Shown: positions 1 through 9,315, counted from the stretch's first letter. The stretch: DNA of 19,662 bases from Candidatus Aenigmatarchaeota archaeon (GCA_043801595.1 JAZDLW010000027.1:1-19662), one strand, 5' to 3'. The notes: a model not told the origin generated them from the letters alone. Made by a program: numbers and translations.

Positions 1-367
1 AACATGGGCAACGCAGTATATGACCCAGCAGACAAGCACGCTTACGGCAAAAGGGCAGGAAGCGAACTGCGTTTATGCGCGGATGGGTCTCGACAGTTTT
101 AATTACGAAAAAACAACCGGACAGCTTGTTTTGATTGTAAATAACAACGGCAGGATCGGGCTTCAGAATTTCACACTTTTCCTGTACAATTCAACCGGAA
201 TAGGGCGACTCTCCCTTGAAACGGACGTGAGCGTTGTAAACAGGCAGAACGTGACGCTGCCGCCCGGAGAGCCGCGCTCGTTCATAGTAAACGGCATAGC
301 GAACATAACAAGATTCAAGATTGTTTCAAACTGTCCGGACTATTCGTTCGTGGATCAAAGCGTATAA
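1..367 (+). CDS. Archaeal type IV pilin-like protein, 5'-truncated by the window edge
   Basis: Frame is open from position 2: TWATQYMTQQTSTLTAKGQEANC aligns with VWITGFTQQQTTTVGARGEKQTSC and NWVLDYSKAQTQVLDTRGSQQVGC of the two downstream pilins. Shares the C-terminal Cys (SNCP). The ATG at 20 is internal. Confidence 0.85.
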   Translation, partial: TWATQYMTQQTSTLTAKGQEANCVYARMGLDSFNYEKTTGQLVLIVNNNGRIGLQNFTLFLYNSTGIGRLSLETDVSVVNRQNVTLPPGEPRSFIVNGIANITRFKIVSNCPDYSFVDQSV

Positions 368-429
368 TTTGTACAGACACGATTCAATGTTTATAAGGGT
401 CGGAGACGATAAATATTTACAGAACTGAA

Positions 430-900
430 ATGAGAAAGGGTATTTCGCCATTAATAGCATCCGTACTTCTCGTAGCGTTTACGATGGCTGTTGCCGCTAT
501 CCTTGTTGTATGGATAACAGGATTTACACAGCAACAGACAACAACAGTCGGTGCGCGCGGAGAGAAACAGACATCGTGCAGTTTTTCAACAATTTCCATT
601 AACAAAGACGATGTCACAGCTTTGGGAAGCAAACTGAACATAACAGTAACTTATTCCAGCGGTACTGAGAAACTCAATATTACAGGCTTTGCACTCAGGG
701 ACGCCAACAGTGTAACTTATTACAACACCACTGTTGCAAGCGATACCACTTCCCTGAACATGAATGTCGGAGAAAACAGGAAGTTTATCAATTACGCGCT
801 TAACAGCCCCATCACCCCTGCCGGAACCGCGTGGGCCGAAGTCAGGGTAACAGCGCTTTGCCAGGACCAGGTTGCCATAGTGGGCACTGCAAAGGCTTAG
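430..900 (+). CDS. Archaeal type IV pilin (class III signal peptide)
   Basis: N-terminus MRKG|ISPLIASVLLVAFTMAVAAILVVW: basic residues plus Gly cleavage site, then a hydrophobic helix. Thr/Ser/Asn-rich body with two Cys. TTTATAAG at 390-397. Confidence 0.93.
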   Translation: MRKGISPLIASVLLVAFTMAVAAILVVWITGFTQQQTTTVGARGEKQTSCSFSTISINKDDVTALGSKLNITVTYSSGTEKLNITGFALRDANSVTYYNTTVASDTTSLNMNVGENRKFINYALNSPITPAGTAWAEVRVTALCQDQVAIVGTAKA

Positions 901-940
901 ATAACTTTATTCGGCTGAAGCGCGAATTAATGTTGATGTT

Positions 941-1402
941 ATGAAGAAGGGCTTGTCACCGCTTATTGCCACTGTCCTTCTTGTCGCGTTCACTATGGCA
1001 GTAGCCATTGTGCTAAGCAACTGGGTTTTGGATTATTCTAAAGCGCAGACGCAGGTTCTTGATACGCGGGGATCGCAGCAAGTCGGCTGTTCGGGAGCGT
1101 GGCTGGACGCGGACAGTGCGGTTTACAATACAACAGCGAGGCGATTTTCCACGGAAATCGTAAACAAGGGAAACGTGCCGCTTGGCGAATTCAAGATGAT
1201 AATCATATATAATAACGGCACCAGCAACGAGTACATCATTGCACCTGCAAATCTTTCTTTGGGCCCGGGTGTGCCGGTTTCGATACAAAACGTAAGCGTT
1301 GACAGTTCCGCGATTACAAGGGTACGCATCCCGCATAACTGCAGCGGTTCAAATGCTGCTGCGACAGCTACAATCGAATACGCCAACATAAAAGTTGTTT
1401 AG
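941..1402 (+). CDS. Archaeal type IV pilin (class III signal peptide)
   Basis: MKKG|LSPLIATVLLVAFTMAVAIVLSNW, nearly identical to the previous pilin's N-terminus. Two Cys and several N-x-S/T sequons. Confidence 0.93.
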   Translation: MKKGLSPLIATVLLVAFTMAVAIVLSNWVLDYSKAQTQVLDTRGSQQVGCSGAWLDADSAVYNTTARRFSTEIVNKGNVPLGEFKMIIIYNNGTSNEYIIAPANLSLGPGVPVSIQNVSVDSSAITRVRIPHNCSGSNAAATATIEYANIKVV

Positions 1403-1435
1403 ATCCTGCGACGCCCGACAAACAGTTGATTGTTC

Positions 1436-1876
1436 TCAGATAACAAACGCGAGGAAAAAGTACACCAGGAATATGTGCCTTAACGGAAGTATTACGTGTT
1501 TGTGATTTGTGAAACTGCAGACCGATAATGCGTTGTTCAGCGCAAACAGGTAAAACCATGGCGTGAAAAAGGGCGCGAATATTATTCCTTCCGACAGCCT
1601 GTCAGCGAATACGTCAACCATGTAGCCCTTTTCGGACACGAGCCCGTATTTCTTTGCTATAATCCCGTCAAACCAGTCCAATAAAAGGTTGGCGGCAAGC
1701 GCCACGAAAGCTATTGCAGTCGAATAGTGCAAAGACAAGACGAAGGCTATCCCAGCCAGTATCGACATGCCTGAAACGAAATTCGGGCTTATTTTCGGCA
1801 GAGGCAGGCCTATTACTGCCGCGTCCGTGAATTTCCGCAGATTTTTTACGATCCCTAATTTGCCATGCTTAACCAT
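1436..1876 (-). CDS. CDP-alcohol phosphatidyltransferase family protein (short, 146 aa)
   Basis: Signature DWFDGIIAK...GYMVDVFAD matches DxxDGxxA(R/K)...GxxxDxxxD. Preceded by 'ISPNFVS' (PN-x-x-T/S motif). Several TM segments. Confidence 0.9.
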   Translation of the reverse strand: MVKHGKLGIVKNLRKFTDAAVIGLPLPKISPNFVSGMSILAGIAFVLSLHYSTAIAFVALAANLLLDWFDGIIAKKYGLVSEKGYMVDVFADRLSEGIIFAPFFTPWFYLFALNNALSVCSFTNHKHVILPLRHIFLVYFFLAFVI

Positions 1877-2307
1877 ACCATCACGCCCAACAACGATGTC
1901 AAGATTATTTCCGATAAAACCCTGTACTTTTCAGGGACAATGCCCAGCGAAACCTCTTTTTTTGAGAACGGATAAAACGGCCGTGATTTTCCGACAAGAA
2001 AATCCGACGCAATATGGAGCGTCAGCGACATTGCGGCTATTTTTGCGAGCATAGAATTGAAGAAAAGGGACGCAAACGAAATTATGACCGAATAAACGAG
2101 CAAGCCGTACATTTCATGGAAGCGCGAACGAGATTCCGAACCGAATTTTTTTTTGATGAGTTTTTTTCCATTCCTGATTACGTAAGGGATATGGTCGATG
2201 TCCGGTAACACCGAAAACAATGCTATGAACGCTATATAGCCTGCAGCATTGCCGAAAACAGTGTTAATCACTATGTAGCTTATCAGGAAATGCAAAAGCG
2301 GGTTCAT
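1855..2307 (-). CDS. Membrane-bound metal-dependent hydrolase (YdjM/DUF457-like)
   Basis: Start moved to MNPLLH (ATG at 2307). Motifs N-terminal H, SVLPDIDH, RSRFHE, LHIASD, PFYPF are typical of the family. The longer ORF to 2577 overlaps the upstream gene. Confidence 0.8.
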   Translation of the reverse strand: MNPLLHFLISYIVINTVFGNAAGYIAFIALFSVLPDIDHIPYVIRNGKKLIKKKFGSESRSRFHEMYGLLVYSVIISFASLFFNSMLAKIAAMSLTLHIASDFLVGKSRPFYPFSKKEVSLGIVPEKYRVLSEIILTSLLGVMVWLSMAN

Positions 2308-2309
2308 AA

Positions 2310-2867
2310 TTATCGGTTTTTCCTGCTTTCTCTCCATTTGCTGTATGCGACAGGCGCTCCTGCCAATGCGAACAGGCCAGCGATTGCACCGGCCGTATAC
2401 GGTATTGCGTTTGCGTATCCTGCCAACGCTTCGATGACGTATACAGGAACGCCCACGGTTATTGTGTGGGAAAATGATGATGATAATATTGAACCTATGC
2501 TCGCGCGAACTGGATGTTTGTTTCCGCCGAGTGCTGTATAGACGCGTCTGTGCACATCGTGAGAAGGCTTGTTCCACGTCGACCAGAACGCCTCGTACGC
2601 TTTAAGATATTGGCCGCGGTCCGTGTACCTCTTTACCATTGCCTTGTTGTACATGTTGTCCGTGTAGTCCGGTAAACCAAGCTTTTGCACCATTTTCTTT
2701 TTCACGCCTTTTGGCAAAGGAAGATCTTTTGCTATTTCAAAACCGAGCCATTGCTTCGGGTTTGCGTGATAATTCTTTACAAAATTCGCCGCGTTCCTTA
2801 CTTTTACGTAAAAACCGCTACCTTTTTCCAGACTTTCCCTGATTGATTTTATATCCTGTTTGTCCAT
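2310..2867 (-). CDS. Hypothetical protein, basic soluble N-terminus with C-terminal hydrophobic segments
   Basis: Fills the gap between tadC and the hydrolase on the same strand. GGTG SD-like element 6 nt before ATG 2867 (GTG 2876 is the alternative). C-terminus TAGAIAGLFALAGAPVAYSKWRESRKNR looks like a membrane anchor. Confidence 0.7.
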   Translation of the reverse strand: MDKQDIKSIRESLEKGSGFYVKVRNAANFVKNYHANPKQWLGFEIAKDLPLPKGVKKKMVQKLGLPDYTDNMYNKAMVKRYTDRGQYLKAYEAFWSTWNKPSHDVHRRVYTALGGNKHPVRASIGSILSSSFSHTITVGVPVYVIEALAGYANAIPYTAGAIAGLFALAGAPVAYSKWRESRKNR

Positions 2868-2880
2868 TGACAGCACCAGT

Positions 2881-3753
2881 CTACATGTGTATGGCTGCAG
2901 CGGTCACCCAAGCGCCGTAACCTATCGAAACTAATGCGACCGAGTGTTTAAGACCGCCGAACAATGACCCTTCGGCCATTTTTCCGATTGCGAGGCCTGA
3001 GAATGTTCCTTGGATGATTATCATTGCCGTGAACATCAGATCGTACGAAGCAGCGTTCATCTCGCCTGACAAGCCGCCGCTTTCCAGGCCGCCCCCAAGG
3101 CTGGACAGCGATGGCAGCAGGAATTTCTGCAATCCGATCAGTACGCCCAAGAACACAAAGAAAATAGTGTAGCCGGTTATCATCTGGCCGTATATGTGCG
3201 ATGCGCGTTCTTTTTTTATTTTGTTTACTTCCAATATTGCGCCGGAAACGGCCTGCAAGACGTCGACAATGTTTCCACCGGATCTGTGCGTTTCGATTAC
3301 TGTCGCGACAGTGCGCTTGATAACAGGAGTCCCGCTTGTGTCGGCAAACGCCTTTAACACATCGTCGAAAGGCACTCCCCAGTCCATCTGGGCTGCCATC
3401 TGCCTTACAGTCGAATTAAGTTTTCCATAATCGTGCTTTGCAGCGGATTTCATTGCTATGGGCAGCGTCATGCTGGCGCGTACGCCGTCGACGACGTCGG
3501 TCAGGAAAAGCGGGAACGACGTTTCGATATCACGGGCAGTCGAATATTCGGAATAGCTGATTGACAGCGAAGGTCCGAGAGCGAGCGTTATTGATAGAGC
3601 GCCAAGCAGCTGGAATGCGATCGCGTTGTGCGAGAAATAAAGGAAGTTTATTATCACGACTATTATTGCCAGTATAAGGGAACCGCCGATAATGGCGGTC
3701 TTTTTCTTGTTTTTCAGCACCCAGCTTACAAGCCAGTTCTTTTTCACGTTCAT
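2881..3753 (-). CDS. Type II secretion system F / TadC-like pilus platform protein
   Basis: FPLFLTDVVDGVRASMTL...DYGKL...MDWGVPF...ETHRSGGNI is the T2SS-F domain pattern. C-terminal IGKMAEGS..GLKH is typical of archaeal TadC/FlaJ. Multiple TM helices. Confidence 0.9.
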   Translation of the reverse strand: MNVKKNWLVSWVLKNKKKTAIIGGSLILAIIVVIINFLYFSHNAIAFQLLGALSITLALGPSLSISYSEYSTARDIETSFPLFLTDVVDGVRASMTLPIAMKSAAKHDYGKLNSTVRQMAAQMDWGVPFDDVLKAFADTSGTPVIKRTVATVIETHRSGGNIVDVLQAVSGAILEVNKIKKERASHIYGQMITGYTIFFVFLGVLIGLQKFLLPSLSSLGGGLESGGLSGEMNAASYDLMFTAMIIIQGTFSGLAIGKMAEGSLFGGLKHSVALVSIGYGAWVTAAAIHM

Positions 3754-3755
3754 TT

Positions 3756-4631
3756 TTACAACTCCGGTTGGGTCATGTGTACGAATGCGAGGAATGCTAT
3801 ATTCATTAGGGGCAAGCCTACGAATATACCAAGCATCATCACGTTCTGGATCGAAGTTCCTGCCAGCTCACCGCCCATCATGTTCATGACAGTCAATATC
3901 GCAACGAGGAACAGCGGGGCTGCGATCAACATCGCGGTGTAGAAGTCGGCGTACGTTGCTAACAATTCCATGTATTTTTCCCTTCGTATCCGATAGTCGA
4001 AAAGCGCGTCTTTTGCCTGTTCCTTAAGGAATCTTTTCAGGTCTCCTCCTGTTTCGATGCTTGATTTTATACCTTCGAGCAGCTGACGGAAGTTTTTTGA
4101 AGGCGTCCGCTCCGCGATCTGCTGTATAGAGCTTGTAACGCTGAGCCCGAACGTGTCCACGTTCCTGACAATCTTGCTCGCTTCTTTGGATATTTCGCCG
4201 TACTCCTTGAATGAAGTCAGCAGGTTGAACATTACATAGGTCGGCACACCCGATGCAGCAATCGCAGCCATATGGTTGAGCGCGAAGGGCAGGTTCGCGT
4301 CTATGGACCTTTTTCGCGCCAGCGCCCTCTGGTAAGGGTACAAAACCAGGACGGAAAAAGACGATACGCCAAAAATGGGCGGAAGGCTTAACAAAAGGAG
4401 TAAAGTGTTCGTGAAATCAAGCTTGATGTTGTATGAAATTACGGACAGCAAAATGAAGGAAAACATTGCCGCCCCGACGCCTATTGCCGCGGACATTGAT
4501 ACCCACGTCCTTACCAGGTATTTCATGTCCGACTTTTCCAGGCCTGTTTTTACGAGTTTGAATCTTTGTTCGTATTTCTCAGGTATCCATCCGAAAATCG
4601 ATATTGCGAAAGAAGTGAAGTTCTGGGCCAT
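3756..4631 (-). CDS. Type II secretion system F / TadB-like pilus platform protein
   Basis: IDANLPFALNHMAAIAASG...YGEISKE...RTPSKNF...SIETGGDLKRFL is the archaeal T2SS-F pattern. Adjacent to the second F protein and the ATPase. Confidence 0.9.
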   Translation of the reverse strand: MAQNFTSFAISIFGWIPEKYEQRFKLVKTGLEKSDMKYLVRTWVSMSAAIGVGAAMFSFILLSVISYNIKLDFTNTLLLLLSLPPIFGVSSFSVLVLYPYQRALARKRSIDANLPFALNHMAAIAASGVPTYVMFNLLTSFKEYGEISKEASKIVRNVDTFGLSVTSSIQQIAERTPSKNFRQLLEGIKSSIETGGDLKRFLKEQAKDALFDYRIRREKYMELLATYADFYTAMLIAAPLFLVAILTVMNMMGGELAGTSIQNVMMLGIFVGLPLMNIAFLAFVHMTQPEL

Positions 4632-4691
4632 TTTAACCTATTTTAACTATTGTCGGGCTGGGCTAAATAAATTCTTTTCGCAAGGAAAACC

Positions 4692-5378
4692 CTATTTCAT
4701 CACAGCTTCTTCTTCCGGATAAGTCACCAGGCCCTTTTCGTTTATCTCGTACGGGTGGATTTTCTTAGAATGGTTTGTTGCGCGCATTTTCCATATGGTT
4801 ATGGCGCGGGTGAAGGTTGTCTCCGACTTGAAATAGTAAAGTACGACAACGCTGTCCGAGATGAATTCCTCCACGCCGAATCTGGATATTCCCACAGCTC
4901 CAGGCGGGATTTCGGACGTTATTATCGATGTGCAGTTGAGCTTTCGCAGAGTCATGCCAAGATTGAATATCATCCTGCGAAGCTCCGGAATATCCCTCAC
5001 GTAAAGCCCGAGCGCCGAGATCGAGTCTATGCAGACCCGTGTGGCGCCGGTGAGGCGAACGTTGGATTCGATTATATCGAAGATATCTTCTATGTGGTAC
5101 GGGTCGTACTTGATAAACACGACCTTCCTGTCCGCCTCAAGCGAATCAAAATCCATCCCGAACTGCCGCATGTCGCTCTTTATTATTTCCGGATTTTCCT
5201 CGAAAGAAATGTAAACGCCCCTTTCGCCGAACTTGGTCGCGCCGTTGTAGAGAAATTGCGCGCAGAATGTCGTTTTTCCAGTACCGCATGTCCCAGTGAG
5301 CAATGTCAATGAATTTTTCGGAAGCCCGCCTGCCACCATTTCATCGAATCCCGCAACGCCTGTTGGAACGCGTTCCAT
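4692..5378 (-). CDS. Single-domain KaiC-like (RecA superfamily) ATPase in the pilus operon
   Basis: RVPTGVAGFDEM, Walker A GTCGTGKT, SFEE, Walker B RVCIDS, EEFISD, WKMRAT. Start overlaps the ATPase stop (TAATG) with a GGTGA SD. Confidence 0.92.
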   Translation of the reverse strand: MERVPTGVAGFDEMVAGGLPKNSLTLLTGTCGTGKTTFCAQFLYNGATKFGERGVYISFEENPEIIKSDMRQFGMDFDSLEADRKVVFIKYDPYHIEDIFDIIESNVRLTGATRVCIDSISALGLYVRDIPELRRMIFNLGMTLRKLNCTSIITSEIPPGAVGISRFGVEEFISDSVVVLYYFKSETTFTRAITIWKMRATNHSKKIHPYEINEKGLVTYPEEEAVMK

Positions 5379-7090
5379 TATTTTTCACCAAGCACTGTTA
5401 TTCCCGCAGGGGTGGATTTGAGGTTCTTGATCTCTTCCTTGCTTATCGTAGAATACGGTTCCATGTTCTTCTCGATCCAATCCATTAATGTGGGCCTGTC
5501 CCTGTAATAAAGATTTATCATGTTTGACACGTCTTCGAACTTGTTCACTTTCTTCGCTATCATCCAGTTTATCACACGTTCCCGTTCCTTGACGTCTTTT
5601 TCAAGTGTTTCAAACGTAACTCCAAGTTTTGTGCCGAGCCTTCTCAGCAGAACACTTTCGTCTTTTTTCAAATACGTGTCAGATATCGGGTCCCACGCGT
5701 ACGATTTCAGGAAATGCACTTTTCCTGTTACCGTATCCATTGATTCAATTTCGTCTATCTCGCTTATTCTTCTCGCGGATTTTCCAATTTCGCGGGCGTG
5801 CGTTAAAACGATTATCATGTCCAACGATTCTATCAACGACGGTGGCAGGCTTATGGGCGGCGTTATTAGTCTTCGTATCACGCCTTCAATCGAGTCTGCG
5901 TGCATTGTTGTCATTGAAGGATGTCCCGAGGCCATGCCCTGAAACATCACGTACGCTTCCTGACCCCGCACTTCACCCACGATAACGTAATCCGGATTCT
6001 GACGGAACGAGCCTTTTAGAAGGTCGAACAGACTCACTTCTCCGTATTTTTCCCCGCTTTCCGTTGGTATTCCGAATCCGGAGCGTGAAACGCTCGGTAT
6101 CCAGTTTTCGTGCGGCAAACTCAATTCGCGCGTGTCCTCGATCGTGATTATTTTTTGCTCGGGTTTTATGAACATTGATAGACAGTTTAACAGCGAGGTT
6201 TTACCAGTAGCAACACCTCCGCACAACAATATGCTTGAACCATGTTCGACTGCGACCCACAGGTAAGACATCAACTCGGGCGAGGCTGTTCCCACGCCAA
6301 TGGTGTCGACGGGTGAGAACGGATCTTCCCTGAATTTTCTTATTGAGAATGTCGGGCCGTGCGTTGTGACGTCCGACGATAACGAAGCGTGCACTCTGGA
6401 TCCGTCCGGCAAACTTCCATCAAGGATCGGCTCTGCGTAACTTATGTAACGCCCGCACCTTTCCGCCATCTTGACCACAAAGTCCCTTAAATTTTCGGCG
6501 TTGTCGAATTTCACGTTTGTCTTGACCGATCCGAACACCCGATGGATAATGTATACGGGCACACCAATACCGTCGCAGCCTATGTCTTCTATTCTCGGGT
6601 CGTTCATGAACGGTTCGATTTCATTTAGCCCGATAAAGTTCCTGTAAATATAGTAGAATATCTTGGCATACTTGTGCGTCGGAACGTTAAGGCCGGCATC
6701 TGCGATCACTTTTTTGACATGGTCTTCGAGGTATTTTACAGCCTCTTCCTTTTTCGTGATGGACGAGAGTTCGACATCGAGAAGTTCCATAAGGTCTGAT
6801 GTTATGTCTTTTATGATCTGCTTGTCCTGTTCTGAGAGAATGGGTTCAATTACCTTGTAAACAAGCTCGTGTTTCTGGTCATCCCATACTATGTTTGCGT
6901 AAAGAAACGGCTCTATAAGCGGATAGCGCGAGTTCATTTCGCGGATATGTTCGGCGTGCGCCGTGATTATTACCGGACTTTTCTGGTGTTTCAGGAAAAG
7001 CGGATAGACGCTTTTGAATTTATCGGCATTCGGAGTCGACGTGACAAACCTTTTTCTAAGCGCACCGCGCAGGGATGTTATTCGGAACAT
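5378..7090 (-). CDS. Type II/IV secretion (pilus assembly) ATPase, VirB11/TadA/FlaI family
   Basis: IEDIGCDG, LPDGSRV, FSIRKF, Walker A GGVATGKT, Asp box TIEDTREL, RQNPDYVIVGEVRGQE, His box SGH...TMHA. Confidence 0.96.
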   Translation of the reverse strand: MFRITSLRGALRKRFVTSTPNADKFKSVYPLFLKHQKSPVIITAHAEHIREMNSRYPLIEPFLYANIVWDDQKHELVYKVIEPILSEQDKQIIKDITSDLMELLDVELSSITKKEEAVKYLEDHVKKVIADAGLNVPTHKYAKIFYYIYRNFIGLNEIEPFMNDPRIEDIGCDGIGVPVYIIHRVFGSVKTNVKFDNAENLRDFVVKMAERCGRYISYAEPILDGSLPDGSRVHASLSSDVTTHGPTFSIRKFREDPFSPVDTIGVGTASPELMSYLWVAVEHGSSILLCGGVATGKTSLLNCLSMFIKPEQKIITIEDTRELSLPHENWIPSVSRSGFGIPTESGEKYGEVSLFDLLKGSFRQNPDYVIVGEVRGQEAYVMFQGMASGHPSMTTMHADSIEGVIRRLITPPISLPPSLIESLDMIIVLTHAREIGKSARRISEIDEIESMDTVTGKVHFLKSYAWDPISDTYLKKDESVLLRRLGTKLGVTFETLEKDVKERERVINWMIAKKVNKFEDVSNMINLYYRDRPTLMDWIEKNMEPYSTISKEEIKNLKSTPAGITVLGEK

Positions 7091-7151
7091 TTTATCTGTA
7101 AATTATATTCCGTTTTGTGCCTATTATTGTTTATTTATCGAGAAATCGGCG

Positions 7152-7451
7152 TTACATTGGCCTGCTTCCGGCCAGGTGGTGTTTTTTCCTTACGCTTTTG
7201 CCGGGTTGGACTATTCCCCTGTGACGGGCGCAGCTGGGACAAGCGTATACTTTCTGGGAGTACACGGAAACATACCTCGGATCAACGGCTTTCAATATGC
7301 CCGGGTCTGTTATTCGGAAACCTTTGTACTTAACGAATGTTTTGTAACGGGGAACCATACGACCGCAGTAACCGCAGGTTACTGTTGATTCCGCACCTCT
7401 AGTTTTTGTGTGCGCGTACTTTCTTGTGTAAGGAGCTGACGATATAGGCAT
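7152..7451 (-). CDS. rps26e: Small-subunit ribosomal protein eS26 (S26e)
   Basis: Small basic protein with VTCGYCGRMVPRYK...YACPSCARHRGIV, matching the eS26 pattern CxxCgrxVPxdK...CxxCAxHxxIV. Start taken at ATG 7451 (MPISS). Confidence 0.85.
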   Translation of the reverse strand: MPISSAPYTRKYAHTKTRGAESTVTCGYCGRMVPRYKTFVKYKGFRITDPGILKAVDPRYVSVYSQKVYACPSCARHRGIVQPGKSVRKKHHLAGSRPM

Positions 7452-7535
7452 AACAACCAAACCAAATTTGTTGGCTATGTATATAAGGTTTCTTCCCGCC
7501 TAATATTATAGACTTTTAACCCGGCGATGTTAGCT

Positions 7536-9008
7536 ATGACATTCAATGAACGCAACCTGCAAAAACCCAAATTAGAGAAAATAAACGATTTTGTCTGGGA
7601 AATACCGAAAACTTTCAAGGCGGGCATGCGCGTTCCTGCGCGCATCTACGCTTCTGAAGAACTCGTAAAAAACATGGATTTGCAGGTTTTCGAACAGATC
7701 ACGAATGTTGCGACATTGCCTGGGATTATCAATCATGCGTTTTGCATGCCAGACGGACATTCCGGATACGGTTTTCCAATAGGCGGTGTCGCTGCGTTTG
7801 ACGCGGATGAGGGCATCATCTCGCCCGGAGGAATAGGTTTTGACATAAATTGCGGGATGAGGCTCTTATTGACGAATCTTTCATACAAGGACGTAAAGCC
7901 GCACCTGAAAAATCTTGTGGACCGCCTTTTTGAAAAAGTTCCGGCTGGAGTCGGATCAACAGGTTCTGTTAAGCTAACAAAAGAACAGTTCAAAAAAGTC
8001 GTAATGGAAGGGTCGCGGTGGTGCGTTGAGAAGGGCTACGGCTGGGACGAGGATCTTGAGCGGACAGAATCGGAAGGCGTAGACGAGGGCGCGGATGTCA
8101 GCGCCGTTTCGCAGAAAGCGATTGACCGCGGTTTCAACCAGATCGGGACGTTGGGATCAGGAAACCATTACCTCGAAATACAAACCTTGAAAAAGGAAAA
8201 TATATTTGACGAGAAACTTGCGAAAAAGTGGGGATTGTTCGAGAACCAGGTTGTAATCATGTTTCACTGCGGTTCGCGCGGTTTCGGACACCAAATCGGG
8301 ACGGATTATCTGCAGAATTTTCTCGAGGTTATGGAACGGAAATATAAAATAAGCATACTTGACAAGGAATTGGCGTGTGCGCCTTTTAACTCTGTCGAAG
8401 GGCAGAATTATTTCAAGGCAATGAAGTGCGCCGTAAACATGTCCTTTGCGAACAGGCAGGTTATTCTTCACAGAGTGCGGGAAGTTTTCTCGGAAGTCTT
8501 TAAACAGGATGCGGAAAAACTCGGAATGCACCAGGTTTACGATGTCACGCATAACCGGGCGGCTCTCGAAAAACACAAAGTTGACGGTAAAACAAAAGAA
8601 GTTGTAGTGCACAGAAAAGGCGCGACCGGATCGTATCCAGCCGGCCGCGAAGAGATACCAAAGAAGTATCGCGATGACGGATCGCCGGTGATAATCGGCG
8701 GGTCAATGGAGACCGGTTCTTATTTGTTGGTAGGCGGCGAAAAAGCAACGGAAACGTTCTGTTCGACTTGTCATGGTTCCGGACGCACGATGTCAAGAAC
8801 GCAGGCAAGAAAAATGGTGCGCGGCGAAGAGCTGCAGAAACAAATGGAATCGCGCGGAATATACGTTAAGACCGTGTCTTATTCCGGTTTGGCAGAGGAA
8901 AGCGGGATAAGCTACAAGGAAATAGACGAGGTGGTGCGCAGCGTCGACGCTGTTGGTTTGTCGAAGCGCGTCTGCAAGCTTGCGCCGATGGGAAATGTTA
9001 AAGGCTAA
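7536..9008 (+). CDS. rtcB: RNA-splicing/repair ligase RtcB
   Basis: MPDGHSGYGFPIGG, GFDINCG, GTLGSGNHYLE, HCGSRG, HN, HRKGAT, HGSGR, C-terminal GNVKG. ATG 7536 preferred from TATA spacing (7527 is the alternative). Confidence 0.98.
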   Translation: MTFNERNLQKPKLEKINDFVWEIPKTFKAGMRVPARIYASEELVKNMDLQVFEQITNVATLPGIINHAFCMPDGHSGYGFPIGGVAAFDADEGIISPGGIGFDINCGMRLLLTNLSYKDVKPHLKNLVDRLFEKVPAGVGSTGSVKLTKEQFKKVVMEGSRWCVEKGYGWDEDLERTESEGVDEGADVSAVSQKAIDRGFNQIGTLGSGNHYLEIQTLKKENIFDEKLAKKWGLFENQVVIMFHCGSRGFGHQIGTDYLQNFLEVMERKYKISILDKELACAPFNSVEGQNYFKAMKCAVNMSFANRQVILHRVREVFSEVFKQDAEKLGMHQVYDVTHNRAALEKHKVDGKTKEVVVHRKGATGSYPAGREEIPKKYRDDGSPVIIGGSMETGSYLLVGGEKATETFCSTCHGSGRTMSRTQARKMVRGEELQKQMESRGIYVKTVSYSGLAEESGISYKEIDEVVRSVDAVGLSKRVCKLAPMGNVKG

Positions 9009-9021
9009 TATCAGCGGTGAT

Positions 9022-9315
9022 TTAAAATAATCCCAACTGGAATGACGCCGTTATCCCTATTACCGTGCCCAGCGTGATGCTTGCGAACATGACCGCCTTC
9101 TTTGAAGTTGGCATAACGCTGAATTCGTGAAAATTTCCTGCTATATTCAAATCGATTTTCTTCATTGCTACGACTGCGATGGCCATGACAACCAGAGCAA
9201 TGAGCCGACCGAAAATCCTGTAAACCAATCCGAGCAGCGTAATCACGACGGGAATCAGAATCAAAAACGAAACGCATATTAAATAATAATTCCTGTAATT
9301 CTTTTCCTGTTCCAT
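9022..9315 (-). CDS. Small hypothetical membrane protein (about 3 TM)
   Basis: 97 aa with three hydrophobic stretches. TATA-like TTTAATAC on the minus strand begins 30 nt upstream of the ATG. Confidence 0.7.
   Translation of the reverse strand: MEQEKNYRNYYLICVSFLILIPVVITLLGLVYRIFGRLIALVVMAIAVVAMKKIDLNIAGNFHEFSVMPTSKKAVMFASITLGTVIGITASFQLGLF

Noticed and set aside
2308..2577. 90-aa N-terminal extension of the hydrolase ORF (1855..2577)
   Set aside because: Overlaps the upstream same-strand gene in another frame, has non-protein-like composition, and family motifs begin at MNPLLH.
1..7090. Archaellum (motility) operon
   Set aside because: Pilins are short with pilin-type N-termini, the platform is split into two T2SS-F genes, and no FlaC/D/E/F/G or chemotaxis genes are visible. 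A type IV pilus fits better.
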